From Clostridia bacterium (GTDB taxonomy: Bacteria > Bacillota > Clostridia > RGIG6154): a DNA stretch of 64,000 bases. The stretch's first letter is position 1. Every line of letters begins with the position of its first letter. Below, one piece after another: positions 36,836-47,186 of the stretch. The position numbers were made by a program, and so were the translations under genes. The stretch spans positions 32,001 to 96,000 of the forward strand of contig JAZNOU010000012.1 of NCBI GenBank assembly GCA_045589295.1, written 5' to 3'. The notes beneath the pieces were generated by a model. That model was not told the origin of the DNA. It saw only the letters and a list, made by a program, of their open reading frames with translations, and did not search any database.

Positions 36836-38014
36836 CTATTTAAATACTTTTGTCGCACGGGAAAGTATTCCGTTAACCTTTGAAATTACCATTCCGTAGT
36901 TGGTTATTGGCACGTTTTCGTCTGATGCAAGTGCCATTCTTGCCTGCATTTCTTTTTTGTTCAGCATGCATCCGCCGCAATGGATAATTAAATCGTAATC
37001 GGTTAAATTTTCCGGAAATTCCATTCCCGAGGTAAATGAAAATTCAATCTTTTTTCCTGTGTAGCCATTTATCCATGCGGGCAATTTAACTGTGCCTATG
37101 TCACCGCACTGTCTGTGGTGGGTACAACCCTCTGAAATCAATACTTTTGAGCCGTCTGTTAAGTTGTCTAAGGTATCTGCGCCATTTAAAAGTGTGTCAA
37201 GCTCGCCTTTGTATCTTGCAAAAAGTATTGAAAAAGATGTCAGAAAAATACTTTCTGGCAAGATTTTTGCTACTCTTCCAAACGCCTGCGAGTCTGTTAT
37301 TACAAGGTCAGGCGGATTTTTTAGTTTTTCTAAAGTTTTTAAAAGCTCGCTGTCTTTACAGCATACCGCTGTTGCGCCAAGGTCCAAAAGCTCGCGCAGA
37401 ACCTGCTGTTGAGGAAGTATTATTCTTCCCTTTGGTGCGGCTTCATCTATCGGGATAACCAAGACAACTGTGTCGTTTTCTTTTACAATTCCGTCTAAAA
37501 TTTTTCTGTTCTCTTCTTCTGGAAGTGCGTTTGCAAGCATTTGTTTAAGTTTTTCTATATTTTCACCTGTTTTTGCACTTACATAGAGTGAATTTTCAGG
37601 AATTTGCGAAAATTCCTTTAACAAATCGCTTTTAGTATAAGCAATAACAAACGGAATATTTTTCTTTTCAAAAAGTTTTATGAGGGCTTTGTCTTCGTCA
37701 TTTAAGCCGAGTGAGGCATCAACTGCTAAAACGGCAATATCTGTGTAGCTTAGTGCTCTTTTTGCCTTTTTCATACGCAGGTAGCCTATTTCGGTGGTAT
37801 CGCCAAAGCCGGGACAGTCGATAATTGTAACTGTGCCCAATGGCAAAAGCTCCATATTTTTTTGGACCAAATCGGTGGTAGTGCCTTTTTGGGAAGAAAC
37901 AACAGAAAGTTCCTGGTTGGTAACTGCGTTAACCAGGCTTGATTTTCCTGCATTTACGCATCCAAAAAAGCCAATGTGTACTCTTTCGCCTGAAGGCGCT
38001 TGATTTAAGCTCAT
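36836..38014 (-). CDS. hydF: [FeFe]-hydrogenase maturation GTPase
   Basis: GCVNAGKSS, APKGRIILPQQQ, EGCTHHRQCGDIG, HCGGCM. Confidence 0.95.
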   Translation of the reverse strand: MSLNQAPSGERVHIGFFGCVNAGKSSLVNAVTNQELSVVSSQKGTTTDLVQKNMELLPLGTVTIIDCPGFGDTTEIGYLRMKKAKRALSYTDIAVLAVDASLGLNDEDKALIKLFEKKNIPFVIAYTKSDLLKEFSQIPENSLYVSAKTGENIEKLKQMLANALPEEENRKILDGIVKENDTVVLVIPIDEAAPKGRIILPQQQVLRELLDLGATAVCCKDSELLKTLEKLKNPPDLVITDSQAFGRVAKILPESIFLTSFSILFARYKGELDTLLNGADTLDNLTDGSKVLISEGCTHHRQCGDIGTVKLPAWINGYTGKKIEFSFTSGMEFPENLTDYDLIIHCGGCMLNKKEMQARMALASDENVPITNYGMVISKVNGILSRATKVFK

Positions 38015-38118
38015 TTTACCACTCCTTTGCTATATTGATTATATAGCAGGCGGGATGTTTTGTCAAACAGATGAAGGGGCAAACACAAAAAAGAGGATGT
38101 TTTTGCATCCTCCTTTTT

Positions 38119-38691
38119 TTAAATTTTTTTCAATCTTTTTGGCTTGTGTTTTTTGTTTTGGTAGAGCATATCGTCTGCCCTCTTGAACACTGCATCAAAT
38201 GGCTCACCCTCTACTGATATTGCATAGCCTTTTGCTGTGGTGAATGAAAGGCGGTTAAGTTCGGTGCGGGTTAGTTCGGTCAAAAGCTCGTGAGTTTTTG
38301 TTTCGTTTGCATTTATTGCGATTATCGCAAACTCATCCCCGCCTATTCTGTAAATATTGTATAGCGGCGATGAAAACAAGTTCTTTAAAATATCTGCAAA
38401 CGATTTTAAAACTTTGTCCCCCTCTAAATGTCCGCAGGTGTCGTTAATGGATTTAAAGTCATTTATATCAAAAACAATAATCATCCACCCGCCCATACCT
38501 ATTCTTTCAAGCTCGCTTATCTTTCTTGAGTAGGCTGCCTGATTTTTAAGACCGGTAAGAGCATCCGAAAATGCTATATCATACCATTTGCTTAAATTCT
38601 TAATTAATTTCCCTTTTTCTCTAAGCTGTCGTTGCTGGTATATGATAATCCAGATAAAGCTTAAAAAAACCAGCACATAAATTATTTGCAT
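38119..38691 (-). CDS. Membrane-anchored diguanylate cyclase
   Basis: DALTGL, DINDFKSIND, RIGGDEF, ADDMLY. Confidence 0.92.
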   Translation of the reverse strand: MQIIYVLVFLSFIWIIIYQQRQLREKGKLIKNLSKWYDIAFSDALTGLKNQAAYSRKISELERIGMGGWMIIVFDINDFKSINDTCGHLEGDKVLKSFADILKNLFSSPLYNIYRIGGDEFAIIAINANETKTHELLTELTRTELNRLSFTTAKGYAISVEGEPFDAVFKRADDMLYQNKKHKPKRLKKI

Positions 38692-38754
38692 TTTTATCTC
38701 CTTATGTAACGAAAAACAAAATTAAATAGTAAAAAAACTTTTTTTGTGTACCCT

Positions 38755-38800
38755 ATTATAGACGTTTTCTGTCTAAAAGTCAATAGAAAGTTTCTGTCTA
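38755..38800. promoter_or_regulatory. Two 17-bp operators over divergent promoters
   Basis: TAGACGTTTTCTGTCTA (38759) and TAGAAAGTTTCTGTCTA (38784); leftward TTGACT-N17-TATAAT. Confidence 0.65.
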
Positions 38801-38827
38801 TGGTAAATTATATAGGGTGAATGTATA

Positions 38828-39037
38828 ATGGAGTATACAGTTGGTGAAAGAATAAGGAGCTTACGGGAGGACAATAATCTTACACAATCACAACTTGCAC
38901 AAAAGCTTAATACTACACAAAGGAAAATATCCTACATTGAGTGCGGAAAGTATGAGCCGTGCATTGGGGATATTGTTGAAATATGCAAATTTTTTAAAGT
39001 TTCGACAGATTTTTTGCTTGGAATAAAAAAAGACTGA
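38828..39037 (+). CDS. XRE-family HTH regulator
   Basis: LREDNNLTQSQLAQKLNTTQRKISYIECG. Confidence 0.9.
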   Translation: MEYTVGERIRSLREDNNLTQSQLAQKLNTTQRKISYIECGKYEPCIGDIVEICKFFKVSTDFLLGIKKD

Positions 39038-39041
39038 GTTC

Positions 39042-39620
39042 TCAGTCTTTTTTATTTAAGATTTTTAGAAATTCTTCTTTGCCTAAGAAGGTGTTTACGG
39101 CATCTAAAAAGGCGTTGGTTGAAAGCTTTGAAGGAAACCCTGCTTTTTTCATAAATTCCTGTCTTAAGCCCTCAGAAGATTTTCCCCCTGAAAGACCAAA
39201 AGCGAACAGGTCGGCTTTTGTAACGGGGGTTAAGGGGGGTGTTTCTTCTAACCCGCATCCTGCTTTTTTAAGGCAGTCTAAAATTACTTCTTTTGTCATT
39301 CCCTCGACACCTAAGAGTCCTTCTTTGCCTGCTTTTTCTTTTCGTTTTTCTTTTCCTTTAATTTCGGGGATATACGCATTTTTGATATACTCTTTACCAA
39401 CCCAGCCTTTTAAGTGGTTTCTTATTAAAAAACCTGCAGAGTCTGAGTCGGTTAAGATTACTATTCCTCGCTTTTTAGCGTACATTTTTATAAGCTCTTT
39501 TTTTTTCTGGTCTTTAAAAATCCGAAAGCCATCCAAAGAGATTACTGTCGCGTCTAAAAGTGAGGTAAGTTTTATTTTATCGTATTTTCCTTCAACAATT
39601 ATTACTTCTTTTATTCTCAT
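39042..39620 (-). CDS. rnmV: Ribonuclease M5 (TOPRIM plus DUF4093)
   Basis: IIVEGKYD, LTDSDSAG, GVEG. Confidence 0.85.
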   Translation of the reverse strand: MRIKEVIIVEGKYDKIKLTSLLDATVISLDGFRIFKDQKKKELIKMYAKKRGIVILTDSDSAGFLIRNHLKGWVGKEYIKNAYIPEIKGKEKRKEKAGKEGLLGVEGMTKEVILDCLKKAGCGLEETPPLTPVTKADLFAFGLSGGKSSEGLRQEFMKKAGFPSKLSTNAFLDAVNTFLGKEEFLKILNKKD

Positions 39621-39624
39621 TTTT

Positions 39625-41496
39625 TTAAATAAGGTCAAGCATGGTATTTGCAAAGTCTACGGGACTTTCCAAGGTTAATCCTTCTATTAAAACTGCTCCG
39701 CCGTACAATACCTCGGCAAGCTTTTTAAGTTTTTGGTTATCGGTATTAAAAAGTGATTTCATCTTTTCAAAAACAGGGTGGTTTAGGTTGATTTCTAAAA
39801 CCTTTTGTGCTTTTATGCCGTTGCTATCGGGCATTTTGCTTAAAACTTTTTCCATTTCAACCGACAGTTCTCCCTCGTTTGTGATGCAGACAGGGTGAGA
39901 TTTTAATTTATTTGTAAGTCTTACGTCTGCAACTTTTTCTTTTAGGGTTTCTTTTATAAATTCAATTAAATCTTTGTTTTCCTGGGATGTTTTTTCTTCC
40001 TGTTCTTTTTCGTCTTGTGTTCTGATATCCAAATCGCTTGAAGAAATTGACTTGAATTCTTTTTCTTGGTAATTGAACATCATTTTTAAGGCGAATTCGT
40101 CTACGTCGTCTGTTAAATAAAGAATTTCGTAGCCTTTTTCCAAAATGGCTTCTGCCTGCGGAAGTCTTGAAATTTTGTCAGCGTTTTCGCCCGAAGCGTA
40201 GTAAATTACACTTTGGTCTTCTTTCATACGCTCTACGTATTCTTTCAATGTGGTAAATTTGTTTTCATAAGATGAAACAAACATAACAAGGTCAGACAGC
40301 ACATCTTTATGCTGACCGAAATTATTGTAAATACCAAACTTTAGCTGACGAGCAAAAGCTTTATAAAATTCTTCGTATTTTTCTCTTTCATTTTTCTGCA
40401 TCAACAAAAGTTCGTCTTTGATTTTCTTTTCCAGGCGTGATGCGATAACTTTAAGCTGGCGGTCGTGCTGAAGAAGTTCTCTTGAAATGTTAAGGCTAAG
40501 GTCGGCTGAGTCAACCAAACCTTTTACAAAGCTGAAATAATCAGGGAGCAAATCGGCACATTTTTCCATAATCATAACGCCGTTTGAATAAAGAGCAAGT
40601 CCTTTTTCAAAATCCTTTGTATAATAGTCAAAAGGTGCTCTTTTTGGAATAAACAATAAAGCTGTGTAGCTTGTAAGTCCTTCTGCTGTGGTTTTAATGG
40701 TTTTAACAGGCGCATCAAAATCGTGGAATTTTGATTTGTAAAACTCTGCGTATTCTTCTTCAGTTACTTCAGATTTGCCTTTTCTCCAGATGGGTATCAT
40801 TGAGTTTAGGGTTTCGTCTTCGTAAGTTGTATCAAATTCACCTTGGCTGCCCTCTTTTGGTGTTTTGTGAGAAACGAGCATTTTGATTGGGTATTTAATA
40901 TAGTCGGAATACTTTTTGATTAATGATTTGATTGTGTATTCTTCTAAAAATTCGTCGTAGTTTTCATCATCTGTGTTTGGCTTGATATGAAGTGTTATAA
41001 CTGTGCCTGTTTCCTTTTTATCGCAAGGGGTGATGGTATAACCTTTTGAACCTTCAGATTCCCACATAAATGCGCTGCCATCTGAAAAACTTTTACTTTC
41101 CACAGTGATTTTGTCAGCTACCATAAATGCAGAATAAAAACCTACGCCAAACTGACCGATAATATCAACGTCGTCTGCTTTTTCATTTTCGTTTTTAAAC
41201 GCAAATGAGCCACTCTTTGCAATTGTACCTAAGTTGTTTTCAAGTTCAGATTCTGTCATACCGATACCTGTGTCGGTGATGATTATTTTTCTTGCAAACT
41301 TGTCAAGTGCTATTCTTATATAAAAATTTTCTCTGTCAAACTTAATGTTTTCATCTGAAAGTGAGAGGTAATAAAGCTTGTCTATGGCATCAGATGCGTT
41401 TGAGATAAGCTCACGAAGAAAAATTTCTTTATTTGTGTAGATTGAGTTAATCATAAGGTCTAAGAGCCTTTTTGATTCTGATTTAAATTGTTTCAT
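39625..41496 (-). CDS. htpG: Molecular chaperone Hsp90
   Basis: [33 protein letters not shown]. Confidence 0.98.
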   Translation of the reverse strand: MKQFKSESKRLLDLMINSIYTNKEIFLRELISNASDAIDKLYYLSLSDENIKFDRENFYIRIALDKFARKIIITDTGIGMTESELENNLGTIAKSGSFAFKNENEKADDVDIIGQFGVGFYSAFMVADKITVESKSFSDGSAFMWESEGSKGYTITPCDKKETGTVITLHIKPNTDDENYDEFLEEYTIKSLIKKYSDYIKYPIKMLVSHKTPKEGSQGEFDTTYEDETLNSMIPIWRKGKSEVTEEEYAEFYKSKFHDFDAPVKTIKTTAEGLTSYTALLFIPKRAPFDYYTKDFEKGLALYSNGVMIMEKCADLLPDYFSFVKGLVDSADLSLNISRELLQHDRQLKVIASRLEKKIKDELLLMQKNEREKYEEFYKAFARQLKFGIYNNFGQHKDVLSDLVMFVSSYENKFTTLKEYVERMKEDQSVIYYASGENADKISRLPQAEAILEKGYEILYLTDDVDEFALKMMFNYQEKEFKSISSSDLDIRTQDEKEQEEKTSQENKDLIEFIKETLKEKVADVRLTNKLKSHPVCITNEGELSVEMEKVLSKMPDSNGIKAQKVLEINLNHPVFEKMKSLFNTDNQKLKKLAEVLYGGAVLIEGLTLESPVDFANTMLDLI

Positions 41497-41529
41497 AATA
41501 TCGCTCCTTTTAGTAGCTTGCATTGCACT

Positions 41530-41556
41530 TTAGCACTCTGATGTTAAGAGTGCTAA
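41530..41556. promoter_or_regulatory. CIRCE element (HrcA operator) upstream of htpG
   Basis: Perfect TTAGCACTC-N9-GAGTGCTAA. Confidence 0.95.
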
Positions 41557-41662
41557 CTGTATTGTACCATATTTTTGCCTGTTGTCAAGTTTTTACTTGT
41601 AAAAATTTAATTTGTGTGGTAAAATGTAATTTAGGTAAATATGTGCGAAAGGACTTTTTGAT

Positions 41663-42829
41663 ATGTATACATTTTCCACCAAAATAAGAGACTTAGAGGG
41701 TTCTGCTATCCGTGCGGTTTTGAAGATGGCACAGGGTAAAGACCTTATTACTTTTGCAGGCGGTCTTCCTGCTTTGGAAACACTTCCTGTTGACTTTATC
41801 AATAAGACTATTGATAAGGTTTTAAATGAAAATCCTTCTCTTGCGCTTCAGTATGGTGTTACTGACGGTTACGGCGTTTTGATTGAACGCTTACAGCAAA
41901 AGGTTAAAAATATGGGTATGAGTCTTAAGGAAAACGGTGTTATGGTAACCTCGGGCGGTCAGCAGGTTATTGACCTGGTTGCAAGGAGCCTTTTAAATGA
42001 GGGAGATGTTGTTTTGTGCGAACTTCCTACATTTATCGGCGGTCTTAACGTGTTTAAATCATACAACGCAAATGTTATTGGCGTTCCGTTGGAAAAAGAC
42101 GGCATAAATTTAGAGGCTCTTGAAAAACAGCTTAAAGAAAATAACGTTAAAATTTTATATACAATTCCTACATTCCACAATCCGATGGGAACTACTATGT
42201 CTGAGCTTAAGAGAAAGGCAATTCTTGCGCTTGCTCACAAGTATGACTTCTTAATTATTGAAGATAATCCGTACGGGGAACTCAGGTTTAAGGGCGAAGA
42301 GGTTCCTACAATGAAATCTTTGGATGCTGAGGGCAGAGTTATTTATGCAGGCTCATTTTCTAAAATTTTATCACCCGGTCTTCGTGTGGGTTTTGCTGTT
42401 GCACCAAAGCCGGTTTTGGAAAAAATGGTTGTTGCAAAGCAGGTTATTGACGTTCACACAACAATGCTTTCACAAATTGTTGCGGCTGAGTTTTTAGCTT
42501 GGGACGGATATGATGCTCACATTAAAAACTGTTGTGAAAATTACGGGAAAAAAGCAGCTTTAATGAGCGAGTGCATTGACAAGTATCTGCCTGAATACAT
42601 TACTCACACAAATCCTGACGGAGGTATTTTTATGTGGTGTGACATTGACAAAGATGTTGACACCAAAGAGCTTTTGGCTAAGGCTGTTGAGAAAAAGGTT
42701 GCGTATATTCCTGGTTACACATTTATGATTGATACCGAAAAGCCGTGCAACTCATTCAGACTTAACTACTCAATGCCGACAGAGGAAGATATTATAAAAG
42801 GTATTGAACTTTTGTCAGATGTATTTTAA
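41663..42829 (+). CDS. PLP-dependent aminotransferase class I (LysN/MocR-type)
   Basis: FAGGLP, PTFHNPMG, EDNPY, SFSKILSPGLRVG. Confidence 0.92.
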   Translation: MYTFSTKIRDLEGSAIRAVLKMAQGKDLITFAGGLPALETLPVDFINKTIDKVLNENPSLALQYGVTDGYGVLIERLQQKVKNMGMSLKENGVMVTSGGQQVIDLVARSLLNEGDVVLCELPTFIGGLNVFKSYNANVIGVPLEKDGINLEALEKQLKENNVKILYTIPTFHNPMGTTMSELKRKAILALAHKYDFLIIEDNPYGELRFKGEEVPTMKSLDAEGRVIYAGSFSKILSPGLRVGFAVAPKPVLEKMVVAKQVIDVHTTMLSQIVAAEFLAWDGYDAHIKNCCENYGKKAALMSECIDKYLPEYITHTNPDGGIFMWCDIDKDVDTKELLAKAVEKKVAYIPGYTFMIDTEKPCNSFRLNYSMPTEEDIIKGIELLSDVF

Positions 42830-42839
42830 AAATTAAATC

Positions 42840-42962
42840 ATCAAAAGTCAGGACATGCGCCTGACTTTTGATACCACTAAATTTGCTTGTGCCTCGTATG
42901 CGAGGCACAAGGCGCGAGCGAACAAATTTGCAAAACCAAAGTGCAATGTGTATTGCACTTTG
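42840..42962. other. Three consecutive strong hairpins upstream of trpS
   Basis: ATCAAAAGTCAGG/CCTGACTTTTGAT; CTTGTGCCTCG/CGAGGCACAAG; CAAAGTGCAAT/ATTGCACTTTG. Confidence 0.7.
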
Positions 42963-42985
42963 AGAGCGACGTTAGGAGCGATTTT

Positions 42986-43966
42986 ATGAAAAAAACAATA
43001 TTCAGCGGTGTTCAGCCATCAGGACAGATTACTCTTGGTAACTATCTTGGTGCGCTTAAAAACTGGACTAAGCTGTTAGATGAATACAATTGCATTTTTG
43101 CGGTAATGGATTTACATTCCATTACTGTTAGACAAAACCCTGAGGAACTAAGAGAAAGAAGTTTGAAACTTTTAGCTCAGTACATTGCGTGTGGCTTATC
43201 ACCAGAGAAGTGCACGCACTTTATTCAGTCACATGTGCCTGCTCACGCTCAGCTTTCTTGGGTTTTGGGTTGCTATACTTATATGGGTGAGCTTAACAGA
43301 ATGACACAATTTAAAGAAAAATCTCAGCGCCATGCTGACAACATTAATGCAGGGCTTTACACCTATCCTGTTTTGATGGCAGCAGACATTTTGCTTTACA
43401 ATGCAGATCTTGTACCTGTTGGTCACGACCAGAAGCAACACTTGGAAATGGCACGTGATATTGCAGAGCGTTTCAATGGAATTTATGGTGATACTTTTAC
43501 AGTGCCAGATCCGTTTATTGCAAAAATGGGTGCAAGAATTATGGACCTGTCCGACCCAACCAAAAAAATGTCAAAATCTGAACCTGCAGGCAGCATTTCA
43601 CTTTTAGAAGACGAAAATGTTATTCTTAAAAAAATCAAAAGAGCGGTTACAGATTCACTGGGGATTGTAAAATATGAAGAGGGCAGACACGGTATTAACA
43701 ATCTCTTGTCAATTTACTGTGCGGTTACAGGAAAAACTGTAGAAACGGCTGAAAAAGAATTTGATGGTAAGGGCTACGGCGATTTTAAAAAGGCGGTGGC
43801 AGAAGTTGTTATTGATGAGCTTCGTCCTGTTCAGCAACGGTACAATGAGCTTATTGAAAACAAGGATTATCTTGACGGAATTATTAAAGACGGCGCTGCA
43901 AAGGCAAATGAAATTGCACAAAAAACTATAAAAGACGTTTATGAAAAGGTTGGCTTTATTGTATGA
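42986..43966 (+). CDS. trpS: Tryptophan-tRNA ligase
   Basis: FSGVQPSG, TLGNYLGA, YPVLMAADI, KMSKS. Confidence 0.98.
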   Translation: MKKTIFSGVQPSGQITLGNYLGALKNWTKLLDEYNCIFAVMDLHSITVRQNPEELRERSLKLLAQYIACGLSPEKCTHFIQSHVPAHAQLSWVLGCYTYMGELNRMTQFKEKSQRHADNINAGLYTYPVLMAADILLYNADLVPVGHDQKQHLEMARDIAERFNGIYGDTFTVPDPFIAKMGARIMDLSDPTKKMSKSEPAGSISLLEDENVILKKIKRAVTDSLGIVKYEEGRHGINNLLSIYCAVTGKTVETAEKEFDGKGYGDFKKAVAEVVIDELRPVQQRYNELIENKDYLDGIIKDGAAKANEIAQKTIKDVYEKVGFIV

Positions 43967-46137
43967 GTGTAAGTTTACTGGTTATTTTAGCTTTTGTGGT
44001 TGCATTTTTAGCGTCCTTTGCGTCAACTCCGTTTGCACGCGAGCTTGCTTATAAAATAGGCGCCATTGATGTACCTAAAGATGCAAGAAGAATGCACAAA
44101 ATCCCAACTCCAAGACTTGGAGGCATTGCTATATTTTTAGGTTTTATAATTGCGCTTGTTTGTTTTGTGATTTTAACTCCTGAAATTATAGGCATTGTAA
44201 TTGCTTCGTTAATTATTGTTTTGATGGGAATGATTGACGATAAAAAACCTATAAAAGCATGGCAAAAGCTTTTGGTACAAATTGTGTGTGCTTTGATTGT
44301 TGCGGTTTCGGGCGTGAAAATTGAAGTTTTTACAAACCCAAACCTCTTTTCTTCAAGTGATTATTTGTTATTGGGTAAGCTTTCAATTCCTGTTACGGTT
44401 ATATGGATTGTTATAATTACAAATGCCGTTAATTTAATTGATGGTTTGGACGGCTTGGCTGCAGGCGTTGCATCTATTTCGTCTGTATGCCTGTTGGTAA
44501 TTTCTTTAATGGTTTCTGAAAGCAATATTGCTGTTTTAACTGCATGTCTTGCCGGAGCGTGTTTTGGATTTTTACCTTACAATTTTAACCCTGCATCAAT
44601 TTTTATGGGAGATTCAGGCTCAAACTTTTTAGGATTTATGCTTGCCTGCATATCGATTGAGGGGTTGTTTAAGGGATACGCGGTTATTTCGTTTGCAGTT
44701 CCGCTCTTGCTTTTAGCGCTTCCGATTTTTGATACTTCGGTTGCAATTTTAAGAAGAATTAAAAACAAAAAACCTGTTATGGCACCGGACAGAGGGCATC
44801 TTCATCACAAACTTGTGGATATGGGCTTTTCTCAAAAGCAGGCTGTGTTAATTCTTTACACAATTTCTGCTGTTTTGGGGCTTGCGGCTATTGTATTTAC
44901 AGGGTTTGGTGCACTTCGTGCAATTATGCTTTTGTGTGCTGCGCTTGCAGGTATGCTTATAAGTATTTACTTTTTTAAAGAAAGGACAAGTAGTATGATT
45001 AAGGTTATGACAATTTTCGGGACACGTCCTGAGGCCATTAAAATGGCACCATTGATTAAAGAACTCGAATCCAGAAAAGAAATTAATTCTGTTGTTGCAG
45101 TTACTGCTCAGCACCGCCAGATGCTTGATCAGGTTCTTAAAATTTTTGATATTTTGCCAAACTACGATCTTAACATTATGAAAGACCGTCAAACTCTTGT
45201 TGGCATTGTAACAGGGGCTTTGGCGGGTCTTGACGAAATTATGAAAAAAGAAAATCCTGACATTGTGCTTGTTCATGGTGATACATCTACTACTTTTGTA
45301 GGAGCGCTTGCTGCTTTTTACAATCAAATTGCTGTGGGGCACGTTGAGGCTGGTCTTCGCACTTATGACAAGTATTCACCATTCCCTGAAGAAATGAACA
45401 GAAAGCTTACAGGGCAGATGACAGATATGCATTTTGCACCTACAGTTAAAAACAAGAACAATCTTTTAAGAGAAGATATGAACGAAGATGATATTTACAT
45501 TACGGGTAACACTGTAATTGATGCGCTTAAAACTACTGTTCGTGATGATTACGAATTTGTTGACAAAACACTAAAAAGTCTTGATTTTGAAGGCAAAAGA
45601 GTTATTTTGGTTACTGCTCACAGACGTGAAAATTTAGGAAGACCTCTTGAAAATATTTGTGAGGCCATAAAGGAAATTGCGCTTTCTTACGATGCTGTTG
45701 AAATAGTTTATCCTATTCATATGAATCCTGCTGTTCGTGAGGTTGCACATAAGATTTTAGACGGACTTGAAAATGTTCACATTATTGAGCCGTTAGATGT
45801 TGAAGAACTTCACAATGCTATGAACAGATGCTATATGGTTATGACAGATTCGGGCGGAATTCAGGAGGAAGCACCGAGTCTTAAAAAGCCTGTATTGGTA
45901 CTTCGTACAGAAACAGAGCGTCCTGAAGCGGTAGAAGCGGGAACTGTTAAAATTGCAGGCGTTGAAAAAGATGTTATTTTAAAAATGGCAAAAGAATTGT
46001 TAGACGATGAAACAGCTTATGCAAAAATGGCTAAGGCGGCAAACCCTTACGGCGATGGCCTTGCATCTAAAAGAATTGTCGATGCGATTATTGCAAAATT
46101 TAACAATCTTCCAAAACCTGAGGACTTTATTTCGTAA
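43963..46137 (+). CDS. Fusion of TagO/WecA (MraY-family GlcNAc-1-P transferase) and UDP-GlcNAc 2-epimerase (MnaA/WecB)
   Basis: PRLGG, NLIDGLDGL, FMGDSG, HLHH followed in frame by GTRPEAIKMAP, HVEAGLR, DSGGIQEEAP. Confidence 0.9.
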   Translation: MSVSLLVILAFVVAFLASFASTPFARELAYKIGAIDVPKDARRMHKIPTPRLGGIAIFLGFIIALVCFVILTPEIIGIVIASLIIVLMGMIDDKKPIKAWQKLLVQIVCALIVAVSGVKIEVFTNPNLFSSSDYLLLGKLSIPVTVIWIVIITNAVNLIDGLDGLAAGVASISSVCLLVISLMVSESNIAVLTACLAGACFGFLPYNFNPASIFMGDSGSNFLGFMLACISIEGLFKGYAVISFAVPLLLLALPIFDTSVAILRRIKNKKPVMAPDRGHLHHKLVDMGFSQKQAVLILYTISAVLGLAAIVFTGFGALRAIMLLCAALAGMLISIYFFKERTSSMIKVMTIFGTRPEAIKMAPLIKELESRKEINSVVAVTAQHRQMLDQVLKIFDILPNYDLNIMKDRQTLVGIVTGALAGLDEIMKKENPDIVLVHGDTSTTFVGALAAFYNQIAVGHVEAGLRTYDKYSPFPEEMNRKLTGQMTDMHFAPTVKNKNNLLREDMNEDDIYITGNTVIDALKTTVRDDYEFVDKTLKSLDFEGKRVILVTAHRRENLGRPLENICEAIKEIALSYDAVEIVYPIHMNPAVREVAHKILDGLENVHIIEPLDVEELHNAMNRCYMVMTDSGGIQEEAPSLKKPVLVLRTETERPEAVEAGTVKIAGVEKDVILKMAKELLDDETAYAKMAKAANPYGDGLASKRIVDAIIAKFNNLPKPEDFIS

Positions 46138-47117
46138 TGGAAACTATCAAAAAAGCTTTTAAAGACAAAAAATTTGATAATTTATATTTTTTCTATGGTG
46201 AAGAGGTTTATCTCTCAAACTTTTATGTTAATGCTTTGAAAAAAGAGCTGGTTGAAAATGAGGAGTTTAATTTTACAAGGCTTTTTTGTGACGAGCTTGA
46301 CAGGTTTCAGGAATCGGTTGAGGCTATGCCTGTTTTTGAAGAAAATCGCATGGTTTTGGTATCAGCGAGGGATTTTTCTTCCGAAATAAAAGAGGATTCT
46401 TACCGTCTTTTAGAAGAAATGCTTGAGGATATGCCCCCATTTACCTATGTGGTGTTTGTTTGCTCGACTATTAAAAAGACAAGCAAAATCTACAAGCTTT
46501 TATCTTCAAAATGCACCACCTGTGTGTTTGAAAAGCAAAAAGCACCCAGTCTTATTTCGTGGATAACGAATGTTTTTAAGAAAAAAGGCTATGAAATTGA
46601 AAAAGACACAGCTGCATATCTTTTGGAGTTTGCGGGCAGCGATATGACCAAGCTTCAAAGTGAGGCGGACAAGCTTGCCTCTTATGAATTCAAAACAAAA
46701 AAGATTACTGAAAAAAGCATTGAGGCGGTTGTTACAAGAACCATAGAGTCTAAGGTTTTTGACCTTTTAGATGCCGCAATGTATAAAAAAAGCGATACTG
46801 CTTTTGAAATTTTGAACAACTTAATGCGTGAAAAGGAAGAGCCTGTTTACATTAACGGCGCTTTGATGAGAAACATAACATCTCTTTTGAATTACAAGAT
46901 TTTAAAAGCAGAGGGCAAGCCGATTTCTGCAATTTCAGAAAAGCTTGGGCTTAGACCTTTTGTTCAGAAAAAATATGCTGAGTTTGACAAAAAGTTTTCC
47001 GAAAGCTTTTTACAACAAATGATAAATGAGTGCGCTAGGTGCGACATTGGTTTTAAAACGGGCGAGATGGAAGGGTATACCGGACTTTCGCTGTTAATAG
47101 GACAATTGTGTAAATGA
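46137..47117 (+). CDS. holA: DNA polymerase III delta subunit
   Basis: LYFFYGEEVYL, EAMPVF, EADKL, VFDLLDA. Confidence 0.9.
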   Translation: METIKKAFKDKKFDNLYFFYGEEVYLSNFYVNALKKELVENEEFNFTRLFCDELDRFQESVEAMPVFEENRMVLVSARDFSSEIKEDSYRLLEEMLEDMPPFTYVVFVCSTIKKTSKIYKLLSSKCTTCVFEKQKAPSLISWITNVFKKKGYEIEKDTAAYLLEFAGSDMTKLQSEADKLASYEFKTKKITEKSIEAVVTRTIESKVFDLLDAAMYKKSDTAFEILNNLMREKEEPVYINGALMRNITSLLNYKILKAEGKPISAISEKLGLRPFVQKKYAEFDKKFSESFLQQMINECARCDIGFKTGEMEGYTGLSLLIGQLCK

Positions 47118-47147
47118 AAAGATGTGATGAAAATCACATCTTTTTTT
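47117..47147 (+). terminator. Terminator after holA
   Basis: AAAAGATGTGAT-GAAA-ATCACATCTTTT. Confidence 0.8.
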
Positions 47148-47162
47148 ATGAATAATGAAGGA

Positions 47163-47186
47163 GCAAACGCTTTGGCGTTTGCTTTT
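47163..47186. repeat. 24-bp hairpin-containing direct repeat, copy 1
   Basis: GCAAACGCTTTGGCGTTTGCTTTT. Confidence 0.85.

Noticed and set aside
36836-38014. hydF without adjacent hydE/hydG
   Set aside because: Dispersed maturase genes are common in Clostridia; no sign of a link to the neighbouring switch
39079-39678. 199-aa + strand ORF
   Set aside because: Antisense shadow of rnmV; the many other short antisense ORFs in the track were rejected for the same reason
42887-42985. 33-aa N-terminal extension of TrpS from the ORF track
   Set aside because: Runs through hairpins; AGGAG RBS supports ATG at 42986
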